A program made the position numbers and the translations under genes. A stretch of 58,545 nt of DNA, from positions 1 through 58,545 of the IMG/VR virus record IMGVR_UViG_3300045988_166695. The stretch is one strand, 5' to 3'. The notes beneath the pieces are model-generated. The model ran no database searches and was not told the origin of the DNA. It saw nothing but the letters and a program-made list of their open reading frames with translations. Origin of the DNA: a virus. Position 1 is the stretch's first letter. Each line of letters opens with the position of its first letter. Below are positions 1 through 8,609 of this stretch, one piece after another.

Positions 1-21
1 GTAGTGGGTACGAGAATCGAA
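1..21. repeat. Terminal 21-bp direct repeat, copy 1 (identical copy at 58525..58545): prophage att core or circular-assembly overlap
   Basis: GTAGTGGGTACGAGAATCGAA is both the first and the last 21 nt of the window. Its complement TTCGATTCTCGTACCCACTAC resembles a tRNA T-loop, T-stem and acceptor 3' half. Confidence 0.8.
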
Positions 22-119
22 TAACATTTTGTTACATATCATATTACATTTATAAGTACCCACAAGTTTAATTTAGCCTCAATAGAAATGTCTATATATA
101 ACAATACATACCTTTAAAT

Positions 120-134
120 AGTCCCTATTTTAGT
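120..134 (+). promoter_or_regulatory. AGTCCCTATTTTAGT repeat, copy 1 (copy 2 at 58472..58486); candidate integrase arm-type site
   Basis: An identical 15-mer lies on both sides of the terminal repeat, close to the integrase gene. Confidence 0.3.
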
Positions 135-424
135 CCCCGTTTTTACATAAAAAGGGACCAAAAACAGATGCAAAGGTAGTAAAATCATCAACGATGACAA
201 TTGTATTATTGATAAAATAGATACTCGATCTATTACAACATCCAATACACCCTCGCTAATATCGCACAGAAAGCGCAATACGGAATGTCAGAATCGACGA
301 TATCGATCAATGTAGATATAATACGGTCAAAGATTTCTTCTAAACGTTCCATAACATAACCAACAGAAGTCTACAAAAATCGGAATGGTACCGATCATCG
401 ACTTGTTCCAACAATATGTCCAGC

Positions 425-589
425 TTATCGTTTTTCATTGTCAAGAACTGATTTTATCCGTTCTTCAGTAAAACCAAAACGGGCAGCAAACTTTTTGAAA
501 GCGCCCATCCTGCCACCTGGAATAAGAGCATACATACTATTAATAGGAGTATCGCTCTTCAATGCTTTCTTAATTTCTTTATTTTTCAT
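425..589 (-). CDS. Small hypothetical protein (54 aa, below the ORF-track cutoff)
   Basis: ATG at 587..589 and stop at 425..427. Translation: MKNKEIKKALKSDTPINSMYALIPGGRMGAFKKFAARFGFTEERIKSVLDNEKR. It begins 3 nt after the stop of 593..1027. Confidence 0.35.
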   Translation of the reverse strand: MKNKEIKKALKSDTPINSMYALIPGGRMGAFKKFAARFGFTEERIKSVLDNEKR

Positions 590-592
590 GAA

Positions 593-1027
593 TTAACGTA
601 TTAAATGTTTGACCTTGTTTTTACAGCAATCACACTCACATAATAATGACTTTGCATATTCCCACGTCTTTTCAACAATATCATCACCGATATACTGTAT
701 TTCTTCACCGTACGGATCTATGCCGAGGGCCTGACATATATGGGTGGCCATGTGTCCACATTCGTGCCTCCATGATTTAGCAAACTCCTTTGGGGACGAA
801 GTAAGGGCAATAACCATTACTGTTTCCCTGGTGCCGAAATTAGAGTAAGTAACTCCGGTATTCAAATTGCCGGAGTTTATGTTATCGTACGCAGTACGGA
901 GCATATTACCGTCGCAGCTGATAGAGTGCATATAATCCAATATTTCTTCCGTGTAATACGTATCTACTGCGTAATACACCATGCAGTTCCAGTCATATTT
1001 GGATAGTATAAACCGTTGCCTTATCAT
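593..1027 (-). CDS. Putative zinc-metallopeptidase-like protein (HExxH)
   Basis: WRHECGHMATH motif and a Cys-rich C-terminus (CECDCC). I did not recognise a family by eye. Confidence 0.45.
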   Translation of the reverse strand: MIRQRFILSKYDWNCMVYYAVDTYYTEEILDYMHSISCDGNMLRTAYDNINSGNLNTGVTYSNFGTRETVMVIALTSSPKEFAKSWRHECGHMATHICQALGIDPYGEEIQYIGDDIVEKTWEYAKSLLCECDCCKNKVKHLIR

Positions 1028-1030
1028 TTA

Positions 1031-1450
1031 TCAAAGCATTTCGTCCCACTCTATAGGTATTCCAGCCGCAATCATTGTAACATACCATCTTCGCATCGTT
1101 GTTCCATCAGGTGCGTCAGGATCATCAATCGTGTCTTTTACATACAATGCTTGATACTGTTCGTTCGGAACAGATGATTTAAGAAAATCGGCTTTGCACA
1201 TATTAGCTACATATACGTAGTCATAACCGATCTTATTTTTAAGAGTTACACCGTATTTAGTTAACAGTGCGTCCACCTCGTCCTTAGACATCGCAGGCAG
1301 TTTTTCTTTTTCTCCGTTCTGACCCTTCCATTCCATTAAAGAAACAGCAAATTCACACATTTTCTTGTTGAAATGCCATCCAAAATGCGAAAGATATACT
1401 TCCATTTCTTCCGGTCTTCTATCTCTTATATCCAGAGGTTCTCTTTTCAT
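1031..1450 (-). CDS. Hypothetical protein
   Basis: 139-aa ORF with a 3-nt gap to 593..1027. It belongs to a small operon at the prophage end. Confidence 0.6.
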   Translation of the reverse strand: MKREPLDIRDRRPEEMEVYLSHFGWHFNKKMCEFAVSLMEWKGQNGEKEKLPAMSKDEVDALLTKYGVTLKNKIGYDYVYVANMCKADFLKSSVPNEQYQALYVKDTIDDPDAPDGTTMRRWYVTMIAAGIPIEWDEML

Positions 1451-1498
1451 GACTTAATAAGGTTATAGGGAGCAGATAAACTACTCCCTAATTAAACA

Positions 1499-1786
1499 TT
1501 AGCGATAGCGTGAATAGCGTCCGGTACCCCGTACACCGCGTCTTTCACCCATACCACCACGATTAGAATTACCACCTCGGCCATAACCACCGCGTTCACC
1601 CATGGTTTCTTCGTCAAAATAGCGATCGTCATCATATCTACGATCTTCATCCCAGCGTTCACCAATGCCCTCTCCCTCAGAAAGTTCTTCTATGCATTGC
1701 ATGAGCTTACCACCGTAGCGAAGCATCTTTTCAGCGTAGTCGGACATTTTCTCGACCTTGCTCTCGGAAATTTCAATCATCATCAT
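1499..1786 (-). CDS. Hypothetical protein with an Arg/Gly-rich (RGG-like) tail
   Basis: C-terminus GERGGYGRGGNSNRGGMGERRGVRGTGRYSRYR follows an acidic middle region. Confidence 0.55.
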   Translation of the reverse strand: MMMIEISESKVEKMSDYAEKMLRYGGKLMQCIEELSEGEGIGERWDEDRRYDDDRYFDEETMGERGGYGRGGNSNRGGMGERRGVRGTGRYSRYR

Positions 1787-1791
1787 ACTTG

Positions 1792-2328
1792 TTATTTTTT
1801 AGAATTGTTACTACTTGCAGCCTTCTCAGAGGACTTAAAGAAATCAGCCATCATAGCTTTCAATTCGCTAAGTTCTTGCCGAAGCGCTTTGTTCTCCGCT
1901 TCCTGCTTCTGTCTTTCTGCAAATTCGGGGTTAAGTACCTGGAGCATTTTATCACATGATTCCATCACAGACTTATGATGCTCGACACTTCCTAATATCT
2001 CAGAAGAACGATTTCGCATAGCCGCCACTTCCGCATTCATAGATTCTCTTGAACCGGATATTACCATATTACCTCCACCTGGAAAATTTGCATCAGCAAT
2101 ATCAGACATGGCAGGTATTTTTTGAAAGGTAACAGTCTGTTCACCTACCTTGATAGTTATATCAACCACCATCTTAGGAGGTTGTCCATAAGGAAGGGGT
2201 TGCTGCATAAACTCAGGAACAGGATTAGACACTCCAGAAACGGAGCCGACCTCTATATATGGAGTACCATCCCTATGCAAAATGAAAAACTCACTATTTA
2301 CTCTTAGATTCTGAAAAGGCATAATCAA
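1792..2328 (-). CDS. Hypothetical protein
   Basis: 178-aa ORF with a coiled-coil-like C-terminus AERQKQEAENKALRQELSELK. Confidence 0.6.
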   Translation of the reverse strand: MIMPFQNLRVNSEFFILHRDGTPYIEVGSVSGVSNPVPEFMQQPLPYGQPPKMVVDITIKVGEQTVTFQKIPAMSDIADANFPGGGNMVISGSRESMNAEVAAMRNRSSEILGSVEHHKSVMESCDKMLQVLNPEFAERQKQEAENKALRQELSELKAMMADFFKSSEKAASSNNSKK

Positions 2329-2367
2329 TAAACTCTTTAAGGAGCGGGATTACTCCCGCCCATTGTT

Positions 2368-2712
2368 TTAAACTACCCCGGTAAGAATTTGCAATGTGTT
2401 GCTACCTGATTCGTAGTAGCACAGATAAATTCCGGTACCGGTAATATCCGAAGCAGTAACATCTGCACCGGCGATCGTAGTCAGTGCCTGAGTAGCACCG
2501 TTGGTATCAAAAACTACCGATAATGTACCGGTAGTACCGGAAGGGATCGGCTGTGCCAAACGGAACAGAATCAATCCGCTAAATGGAGCAGAAAGGAACG
2601 GATGATTCCGGAAAGAGAAACGTACGTTGGTAGCACCTACGGTAACACCTGTACTTTCCAATCTTGGAATACCATTCTTATTTGCCATGATAAAAGGACT
2701 AATGAATGCCAT
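2368..2712 (-). CDS. Hypothetical protein
   Basis: The track start at 2739 is a TTG that overlaps the upstream gene. The ATG at 2710..2712 (MAFISPF..) is preceded by AGGAGG. Confidence 0.6.
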   Translation of the reverse strand: MAFISPFIMANKNGIPRLESTGVTVGATNVRFSFRNHPFLSAPFSGLILFRLAQPIPSGTTGTLSVVFDTNGATQALTTIAGADVTASDITGTGIYLCYYESGSNTLQILTGVV

Positions 2713-2729
2713 ATAATGCCTCCTTCCTT

Positions 2730-3707
2730 TTATCCCCAACCATTAAAATTGCCCCATGCTCCAATACCATTGTAAAGACCATACTGAGCTGCAACGCAAG
2801 AAGGAATCCCTACAACCGGACTATAAGGCACCTTCGCTACTTCCGGCTGATTACATTCGATTTTTGCAAGACGAGCACTCAAATCATTTAAAGCTGCACC
2901 AAGAGGAGCCGTTGCCTGTCCGACGATCTGAGAGGTCATGGCAGAACTCTTAAATGTGCTATTCTCCTCACGAAGTTTATCAATCTTGTTCTGCATTTCG
3001 CGCATTTCAGCGGCACGCTGGCCGGCAAGAATCTGTTGTGTGCTATCCTTGATGGAATTTTGCAGATCACAAGTCTGACGTTGAGTTTCATATGCAACAG
3101 AAGCAAAGCCTCTTTCCTGACCAGTCGCAACACCGTTAATGGCATTTTGCAATGTATTCGTTTGCTGACAGATCGCCAGACGGTTTTCGCAGCAGCATGA
3201 AGCAATCTGTTGAGCGATCTGACAGTTACCTTGCTGGATAGCATTGATAATCTGCATTGAGCTTTGACCAACCTGATTTCCTACCTGTTGCACCTGTGAC
3301 ATCACCCCATTGATAGCATTCTGAACCTGACCGATTGAACAGTTTAAATTAGTAGCCAGATTGTTGATTGCCTGTCCGTTCCCCTGAATTGCACTCATAA
3401 GTAACTCCCTTCCTGCATCGTTGTTAATTAAGTTAGGGATACCGGCTCCAGCAAATCCGCCACCGTTTCCGCCATCTCCATTATTTCCCCAGCCATTGCG
3501 TCCAAACAATGGGAACAGGAAGAACAGGAAGATTATCCAAAGGAAAGAAGAGCCATCACCACCAAACATACCGCCACGATTATTCATTGCAAGCAACAAA
3601 TTGGGGTCAAGACCGTTTTTCTGCAATAAGGGGGCAAGCATACCAAGCATACTGCCTCCTCCACCACTCCCGCTTTCCGGGAATACGTAAGTCTTTGTTT
3701 CACTCAT
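2730..3707 (-). CDS. Gly/Gln/Asn/Cys-rich membrane protein of unknown function
   Basis: Features are poly-Gly tracts, one hydrophobic segment FLWIIFLFFLFPLF, long Q/N-rich helical repeats, ASCCCENRLAICQQ, and a C-terminal GNFNGWG. Confidence 0.6.
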   Translation of the reverse strand: MSETKTYVFPESGSGGGGSMLGMLAPLLQKNGLDPNLLLAMNNRGGMFGGDGSSFLWIIFLFFLFPLFGRNGWGNNGDGGNGGGFAGAGIPNLINNDAGRELLMSAIQGNGQAINNLATNLNCSIGQVQNAINGVMSQVQQVGNQVGQSSMQIINAIQQGNCQIAQQIASCCCENRLAICQQTNTLQNAINGVATGQERGFASVAYETQRQTCDLQNSIKDSTQQILAGQRAAEMREMQNKIDKLREENSTFKSSAMTSQIVGQATAPLGAALNDLSARLAKIECNQPEVAKVPYSPVVGIPSCVAAQYGLYNGIGAWGNFNGWG

Positions 3708-3781
3708 ATTTAATTATACAATTATAACACGGTCAATATTAACCGCATCACAAAGAACACGATAAATCCGTTGTACTTAAA

Positions 3782-4081
3782 TTATATCGTTGTAAGCTCG
3801 TTGTAAACTGATTGTAGATTTGTTGTGACACTCCATTTACGGGTGCGGATAGAAAAGTTATTCTTGAGTTTATTAACGCACTGCTGAGTTAGCCCGGTAA
3901 GGTATGATATTTCTCCTTCTGTTATTCCCCTTTCTGTGAGCACATTTACAAGTATTGATCGTGCATCAACACAGACCTCTTTGTTACTATGAAACATTGA
4001 ATATTCGTCTATTCCTGTTGTCTGACAGACTACCGCTACTACCTTCTGATACATATCAACAATTTTCATGCTAAAGAACAT
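3782..4081 (-). CDS. Small DNA-binding protein (HTH, DnaA C-terminal-domain-like)
   Basis: SNKEVCVDARSILVNVLTERGITEGEISYLTGLTQQCVNKL resembles the DnaA domain IV HTH layout. Confidence 0.45.
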   Translation of the reverse strand: MFFSMKIVDMYQKVVAVVCQTTGIDEYSMFHSNKEVCVDARSILVNVLTERGITEGEISYLTGLTQQCVNKLKNNFSIRTRKWSVTTNLQSVYNELTTI

Positions 4082-4098
4082 ATTAGATTATAAAACAA

Positions 4099-4202
4099 AA
4101 CATCGAAGGCACTGTTATTTAACTTTGAAAGCCTCCTAACAGTGTTCCGACGATGTTTGCCCGTTTCTGATTGGTAGTCGTATGACGGGTAGTGAGGCTT
4201 TC
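4099..4202 (-). promoter_or_regulatory. Structured leader / RNA element, copy 1 of a repeated family
   Basis: Hairpin CCCGT/ACGGG (4160..4189) carries CTGATTGGTAGTCGT in its loop. Two alternative helices are possible: 4127..4135 with 4194..4202, or a 7+7-bp hairpin at 4099..4157 followed by a U-run. The region is colinear with 16811..16871. Confidence 0.4.
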
Positions 4203-4293
4203 TTTTACTTCTTTGCCCCTAAAGAAATACGTTTGTTAATGGAGCTTCTTATGCCGGCCTTCTACCACCGGCAAATCAGAATATTATTTCATG

Positions 4294-4689
4294 TCAGCCT
4301 CCTTTCCTTTTAATGCAGATATACAATAAAATAATAGCAATACATATCAAGCCACCAAATGCCCAGCCGCCAAGTTCTATTTTTGCCTTCTGCCACCTGG
4401 TCAACGCCTTTTCAACCGGATAAGGTATCTGAATACTGTCCGTCCTAATCACAGTATCAATGCGATTAATATGTAAATACTTATAGAGATACCGATCCTT
4501 GTACGTATACACTGTATCACCCCTGTCTATTACATAAATGCTGTCACGCTGATATATACTATCATGACGAATACTATCTCTTGTCTTATACTCAGTCTTA
4601 ATAGTTTCAACCGGAACGTATTGAGTGGTCCTACATCCGGTGAAACATATTGCCGACACCAGCAAGACGATACATGTCAACCGTTTCAT
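4294..4689 (-). CDS. Lipoprotein with a C-terminal TM anchor (unimolecular-spanin-like)
   Basis: MKRLTCIVLLVSAICFTGC is a lipobox signal and the C-terminus has the TM segment WAFGGLICIAIILLYICI. Its start shares an ATGA overlap with the stop of 4686..4913. Confidence 0.45.
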   Translation of the reverse strand: MKRLTCIVLLVSAICFTGCRTTQYVPVETIKTEYKTRDSIRHDSIYQRDSIYVIDRGDTVYTYKDRYLYKYLHINRIDTVIRTDSIQIPYPVEKALTRWQKAKIELGGWAFGGLICIAIILLYICIKRKGG

Positions 4690-4913
4690 AATACCCCCTC
4701 TTGCGGAACCGTCCATTCCGGACCACTCAATATATTCCTTAACTCGGACGAATCATGCCGGTACGCGGTCATGGCATCTTCTTCTTTCAAGACAGGGTCA
4801 ATATAATCTTCATGCAGGATAACTTTCAACCCGTCAACTGATCTTCTTGCTTGTTCCGGTACCACAACACCATGGTTAAGGCACCATTCTACTGTTACAA
4901 TTACGTATTTCAT
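4686..4913 (-). CDS. Hypothetical protein
   Basis: I prefer the ATG at 4911..4913 (MKYVIVTVEW..). The longer track ORF would overlap 4930..5475. Confidence 0.55.
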   Translation of the reverse strand: MKYVIVTVEWCLNHGVVVPEQARRSVDGLKVILHEDYIDPVLKEEDAMTAYRHDSSELRNILSGPEWTVPQEGVL

Positions 4914-4929
4914 AATTTTCTTATTAACT

Positions 4930-5475
4930 TTAAGGGAATATTTGTTTGGTCTCAGGGAAACTCTTTGTGACATTCTTATCGTAGAGAACTTCTATCTCAA
5001 TAGGATTGTCAATTTCGATTTGAGCCATTATTCCTAAATTATAAACCCCATCACTCAATGAAATTTCCGGTATATCGTAAACTCCATCTTTAGATATAAG
5101 ATAAGTCCAAGGTTCTTTAGTTGAATCAATCATTATTCCTATTAATCCAACTGCCCAATTATCTTCACCAACACCATACTGATTAAGCCCTGTGGCTTTT
5201 ATCTTATAAGATGGTACTTCAATAGGGTCTCCAGTATCTGCTTCAGGATTCATAGCTATCGCAATAGCACCATTAAAGGTTTCATTTGTGCTATCTACAA
5301 CAATTTTATTTGTTGTAGCTTCGCCACTGGCAAATTCAGGATAATCAACGACTTTATAGGCAAAATTATCAAAGTTCAATGCGAACACTGGATTTGGAGT
5401 ACCATACTGCATAACATCTATCTCTTTCTGAATTTCTTCATCAGTGAGGATCTCCACTATAAATAGCCATTTCAA
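4930..5475 (-). CDS. Hypothetical protein (start uncertain; alternative ATG at 5412)
   Basis: 181-aa ORF whose 5' end overlaps the end of 5441..6406. Confidence 0.55.
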   Translation of the reverse strand: MKWLFIVEILTDEEIQKEIDVMQYGTPNPVFALNFDNFAYKVVDYPEFASGEATTNKIVVDSTNETFNGAIAIAMNPEADTGDPIEVPSYKIKATGLNQYGVGEDNWAVGLIGIMIDSTKEPWTYLISKDGVYDIPEISLSDGVYNLGIMAQIEIDNPIEIEVLYDKNVTKSFPETKQIFP

Positions 5476-6406
5476 ATAGTGCCATAGAAAAAAACTCCTT
5501 AGCTACAAATGCTTCCGTATAAGAACTACCTATATAAAGTGAGTCATCAGCCTGTTTAGGCGTAGCCTTATAGTATAGCGCCAGATAATCACCATACTCA
5601 GAAACAAACATAGTAGTGCCTCTATTTTCAATAGTAGAAGAATAACCTAAATAATTCCTATTAGGAGTGTCGTATCTATTATTATCAAAAACTGTATTCC
5701 AACCAACATTAAACTTAATAGGAACATATTTAACTATAACGGTTCCTATCTTATATCCTACCTTATCAAGTTTCAGATAATCGTCAACACCATCCGTAAC
5801 TATTGCTCCTTCATATCTTGGGATTTGTTCAATAGTTACATTCTTAGTTAAAGCATTCTGTACAATGAAACCAACATTATAAGATGTAGTACCAGTTATA
5901 CTCTCAGGTAAATCATATTCTCCATCTGAAGGAATTGCCATTAAAGTTCTTGCTCCATATCTGGAAGGACAATACCCATAAGCAAGTTGATTATTAGCTG
6001 TAAGTCCAGTTACTTTTACTCTTGTAGCATTTAAATGTTCAATTCCATATTTGAAAAATATCCAAGTATTGACTGGAGCAAAATTCATTATAGTAATACT
6101 ATGGTCAGTTACGAATACATTCTCTGCTTTATGATAAGTTAGGTAATTCTCTTTAAATAAACCATAACCACTGCCTAAGCTCCAACCGAAGTTATACGCG
6201 GTCAATATTTCACCTTTTATTCCCTTGATAGCATTCCTATCTTTATCGAAATTGTTCTTACCTTTAAAGTTCCAATAATCCACAAGGGAAGGGTGAAAAG
6301 GAGAAGTTTGCTCTCCCTTTGAAGCTGATCTAAGACGTATCCCCTGAATGCGGGCAGTGTTAACTCCTACCCGGGATACATTTATCTGATTGATTGGCAC
6401 TTTCAT
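5441..6406 (-). CDS. Hypothetical protein with a LamG/ConA-like C-terminal signature
   Basis: GAIVTDGVDDYLKLDK resembles the FDGxDDYv motif of LamG-type jelly rolls. The gene sits downstream of the lysis genes. Confidence 0.45.
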   Translation of the reverse strand: MKVPINQINVSRVGVNTARIQGIRLRSASKGEQTSPFHPSLVDYWNFKGKNNFDKDRNAIKGIKGEILTAYNFGWSLGSGYGLFKENYLTYHKAENVFVTDHSITIMNFAPVNTWIFFKYGIEHLNATRVKVTGLTANNQLAYGYCPSRYGARTLMAIPSDGEYDLPESITGTTSYNVGFIVQNALTKNVTIEQIPRYEGAIVTDGVDDYLKLDKVGYKIGTVIVKYVPIKFNVGWNTVFDNNRYDTPNRNYLGYSSTIENRGTTMFVSEYGDYLALYYKATPKQADDSLYIGSSYTEAFVAKEFFSMALFEMAIYSGDPH

Positions 6407-6690
6407 TCTGACACAAGGATTTTAGCTATGGAGGGCTGTGAAATAGACCGCACTTTAATGTACATCCCGGGAATCACTCCTGTAATAGCAACATCCATTG
6501 TGCTACCCACATAGTTATATGATCCGAAAGGGACGTAATTCCCATTCGTCATGCTTTGAAACAGAGCGACACCGTTATTCTTATCTTCACTTGCAAATTC
6601 AAGATGAAGACCTGCATCCGATTGAAGTTGCACAGGGTCACATACATAAGCTTCACCCTGTTTGCTGAAAGTTAAATCTGTTAGAGCCAT
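6403..6690 (-). CDS. Hypothetical protein
   Basis: 95-aa ORF with a 4-nt overlap with the downstream gene. Confidence 0.6.
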   Translation of the reverse strand: MALTDLTFSKQGEAYVCDPVQLQSDAGLHLEFASEDKNNGVALFQSMTNGNYVPFGSYNYVGSTMDVAITGVIPGMYIKVRSISQPSIAKILVSE

Positions 6691-6691
6691 G

Positions 6692-7276
6692 TTACTTTGA
6701 ATTTAAATAGTTAATAATACCTTCTACGTGAATATTTGCTACTGTTCGCTTGCCCTCGGATGACAATAAGTACTCCACGTCCTCCTTATTGTCCTGGAAA
6801 AAGTTCTCTGTCAATACAGCGGGGCAATTCGTATCCCGGCAAATAGCCAAGTTCTGCACCCAGTAGTCCTGCCCGGGAGCTTGTTTACGTACTGTCACAC
6901 CTTTACTTATTGCTACTTGTGCCAGAGAAGAAGCTAACATTTTGCTATTAAAAGAAGCATTATCACTGACATATACACCCCATCCCCGAGCGTTCATCCA
7001 ACTTGTCCCGTTGCCGGCCGCATTGCAATGAATAGATACCAGAATAGCGTTTTTCCTTGTTTCACGATATATGTTGTTAGCCCGCTTGCAACGTTCCGAC
7101 AATGAAACATCTATATTCTCTTTTACTATGCGTTCCGCATCAATACCATGTTTTCTCAGACCAAGAACTACCATATCCGCTATCTCTCTGGAATAAGCCC
7201 ACTCACACAACCTTCCGTCCGGTGAACGTTTCCCGGGAGTGTTTTCACCGTGTCCGTTGTCTATTAGAATTTTCAT
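6692..7276 (-). CDS. N-acetylmuramoyl-L-alanine amidase (endolysin, Amidase_3-like)
   Basis: MKILIDNGHGENTPGKRSPDG ... SIHCNAAGNG ... matches the Amidase_3 zinc-ligand pattern. Confidence 0.9.
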   Translation of the reverse strand: MKILIDNGHGENTPGKRSPDGRLCEWAYSREIADMVVLGLRKHGIDAERIVKENIDVSLSERCKRANNIYRETRKNAILVSIHCNAAGNGTSWMNARGWGVYVSDNASFNSKMLASSLAQVAISKGVTVRKQAPGQDYWVQNLAICRDTNCPAVLTENFFQDNKEDVEYLLSSEGKRTVANIHVEGIINYLNSK

Positions 7277-7764
7277 ACTCTTTCCTCCTTATTTTCATTT
7301 ACCCTTTTTCTCTTTCTCTTAGTCACTATACCCTCTGAATCTTCCTTGTCAATTCCGAAAACCTTCTTAGTAAAGACCTCAATAGCTACTATCAGATTAA
7401 AATCATACCCCTTGGGCTTAAGAATATTAGATATGATAGAGCAACCTTCGATGAAGCAGACAGATAAGCAAGCGAATATATCAATGTTATATCTTCCACC
7501 ACTGGCCTCGTTTATCATCACCACCATAATCACGAAACTGAAATATGTAACCATCTTCCCCATCGTAGCCCGCCAAGCCCTACTAAATCTCACATGTTCC
7601 CCCATCATCAAACTCTTTCTGCACCCCGTGGCCAAATCACACAGTATTACAAAGAACATAGTGATTAGCCATGGGATCATATGCTCTATAGCCTCCATTA
7701 CGAAGCTTCCGGCAATGGGAGCAAACAGGCCAGAAGATATTTGATGTATTGATTTATCTTGCAT
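7273..7764 (-). CDS. Holin (phage_holin_4-like)
   Basis: Three hydrophobic segments, CDLATGC and IEGCSIISNILK motifs, and a basic C-terminus. It overlaps the amidase start by 4 nt. Confidence 0.75.
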   Translation of the reverse strand: MQDKSIHQISSGLFAPIAGSFVMEAIEHMIPWLITMFFVILCDLATGCRKSLMMGEHVRFSRAWRATMGKMVTYFSFVIMVVMINEASGGRYNIDIFACLSVCFIEGCSIISNILKPKGYDFNLIVAIEVFTKKVFGIDKEDSEGIVTKRKRKRVNENKEERV

Positions 7765-7833
7765 AATTTGTCATCTTAAAATAATTATACTACTTTTGAA
7801 AAACTATTTCATAATTATTTAGATAATACGCAA

Positions 7834-7863
7834 GTCCATCCTGCCTGTGAAGGTCGGGTGGAC
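7834..7863 (-). terminator. Hairpin downstream of 7877..8236
   Basis: GTCCATCC/GGGTGGAC forms an 8-bp stem (with G-U pairs on the minus strand) followed by moderately U-rich sequence. Confidence 0.3.
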
Positions 7864-7876
7864 ATTCATTGTTACA

Positions 7877-8236
7877 CTACTCAACACTATTGAGGATCTG
7901 GTCTATGATACGGGCAAAATCAGACATGTAAGTAGCAAAACTATCTGTATACCTAAGATTTAAAGTAGTAACCTGAGGCATCGGAGAAGGATCATACCGG
8001 ATCTCACCAAGATTAGTTTCCCTGATTTCTTCATGCGTTCCACTACCGTCAGCATTTGCAACTGTCTCTGTTGCATTATCGGTGATACCAACAAATATAG
8101 ATTGTTTCACTCCATTGATAACCGTATAACGAATGTTATACTTCACCGTAGGGGACTGTAAAGAGGTACCCTCAAACGACTTTACTTCTGTTGTATCAGT
8201 CGCTACAATTTTAATTTCTTCGTTCATAATGTTCAT
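7877..8236 (-). CDS. Hypothetical protein
   Basis: 119-aa ORF downstream of the tail-fibre gene. Confidence 0.6.
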   Translation of the reverse strand: MNIMNEEIKIVATDTTEVKSFEGTSLQSPTVKYNIRYTVINGVKQSIFVGITDNATETVANADGSGTHEEIRETNLGEIRYDPSPMPQVTTLNLRYTDSFATYMSDFARIIDQILNSVE

Positions 8237-8245
8237 TTTAAGTAA

Positions 8246-8593
8246 TTATAAATTTTCTGTTTTACTTTTTTCTACCGCTTCATCAAGTAGCTGAAAAAGT
8301 GGAACTTTTATATATGCATAAAAGATCTTCTCAGCAAACCTCTTGATTAAAGCAGCTCTTGCTTCATCTATCTCAATTTCACCGTCATGGTATATCTTCC
8401 GCCCAATCTCCTGCTCGTTTATATCTTCAACGTTGAAGAAGATTGCGTTACCCAGGTTTTTACTCAGATCCTTATAATCCGGTACAATTTCGGTACCGAT
8501 ACTATTACCTTCAGAGTCTTTTTTTTCGATTTCTTTTGTCATGACATTGCCTTCAATATCATAAACTACGATCTTTCTAAAATCAATTTTCAT
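8246..8593 (-). CDS. Hypothetical protein
   Basis: ATG at 8591..8593 (MKIDFRK..). The longer track ORF overlaps the tail-fibre 3' end. Confidence 0.55.
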   Translation of the reverse strand: MKIDFRKIVVYDIEGNVMTKEIEKKDSEGNSIGTEIVPDYKDLSKNLGNAIFFNVEDINEQEIGRKIYHDGEIEIDEARAALIKRFAEKIFYAYIKVPLFQLLDEAVEKSKTENL

Positions 8594-8609
8594 ATTATTA
8601 TCTTTTAAA

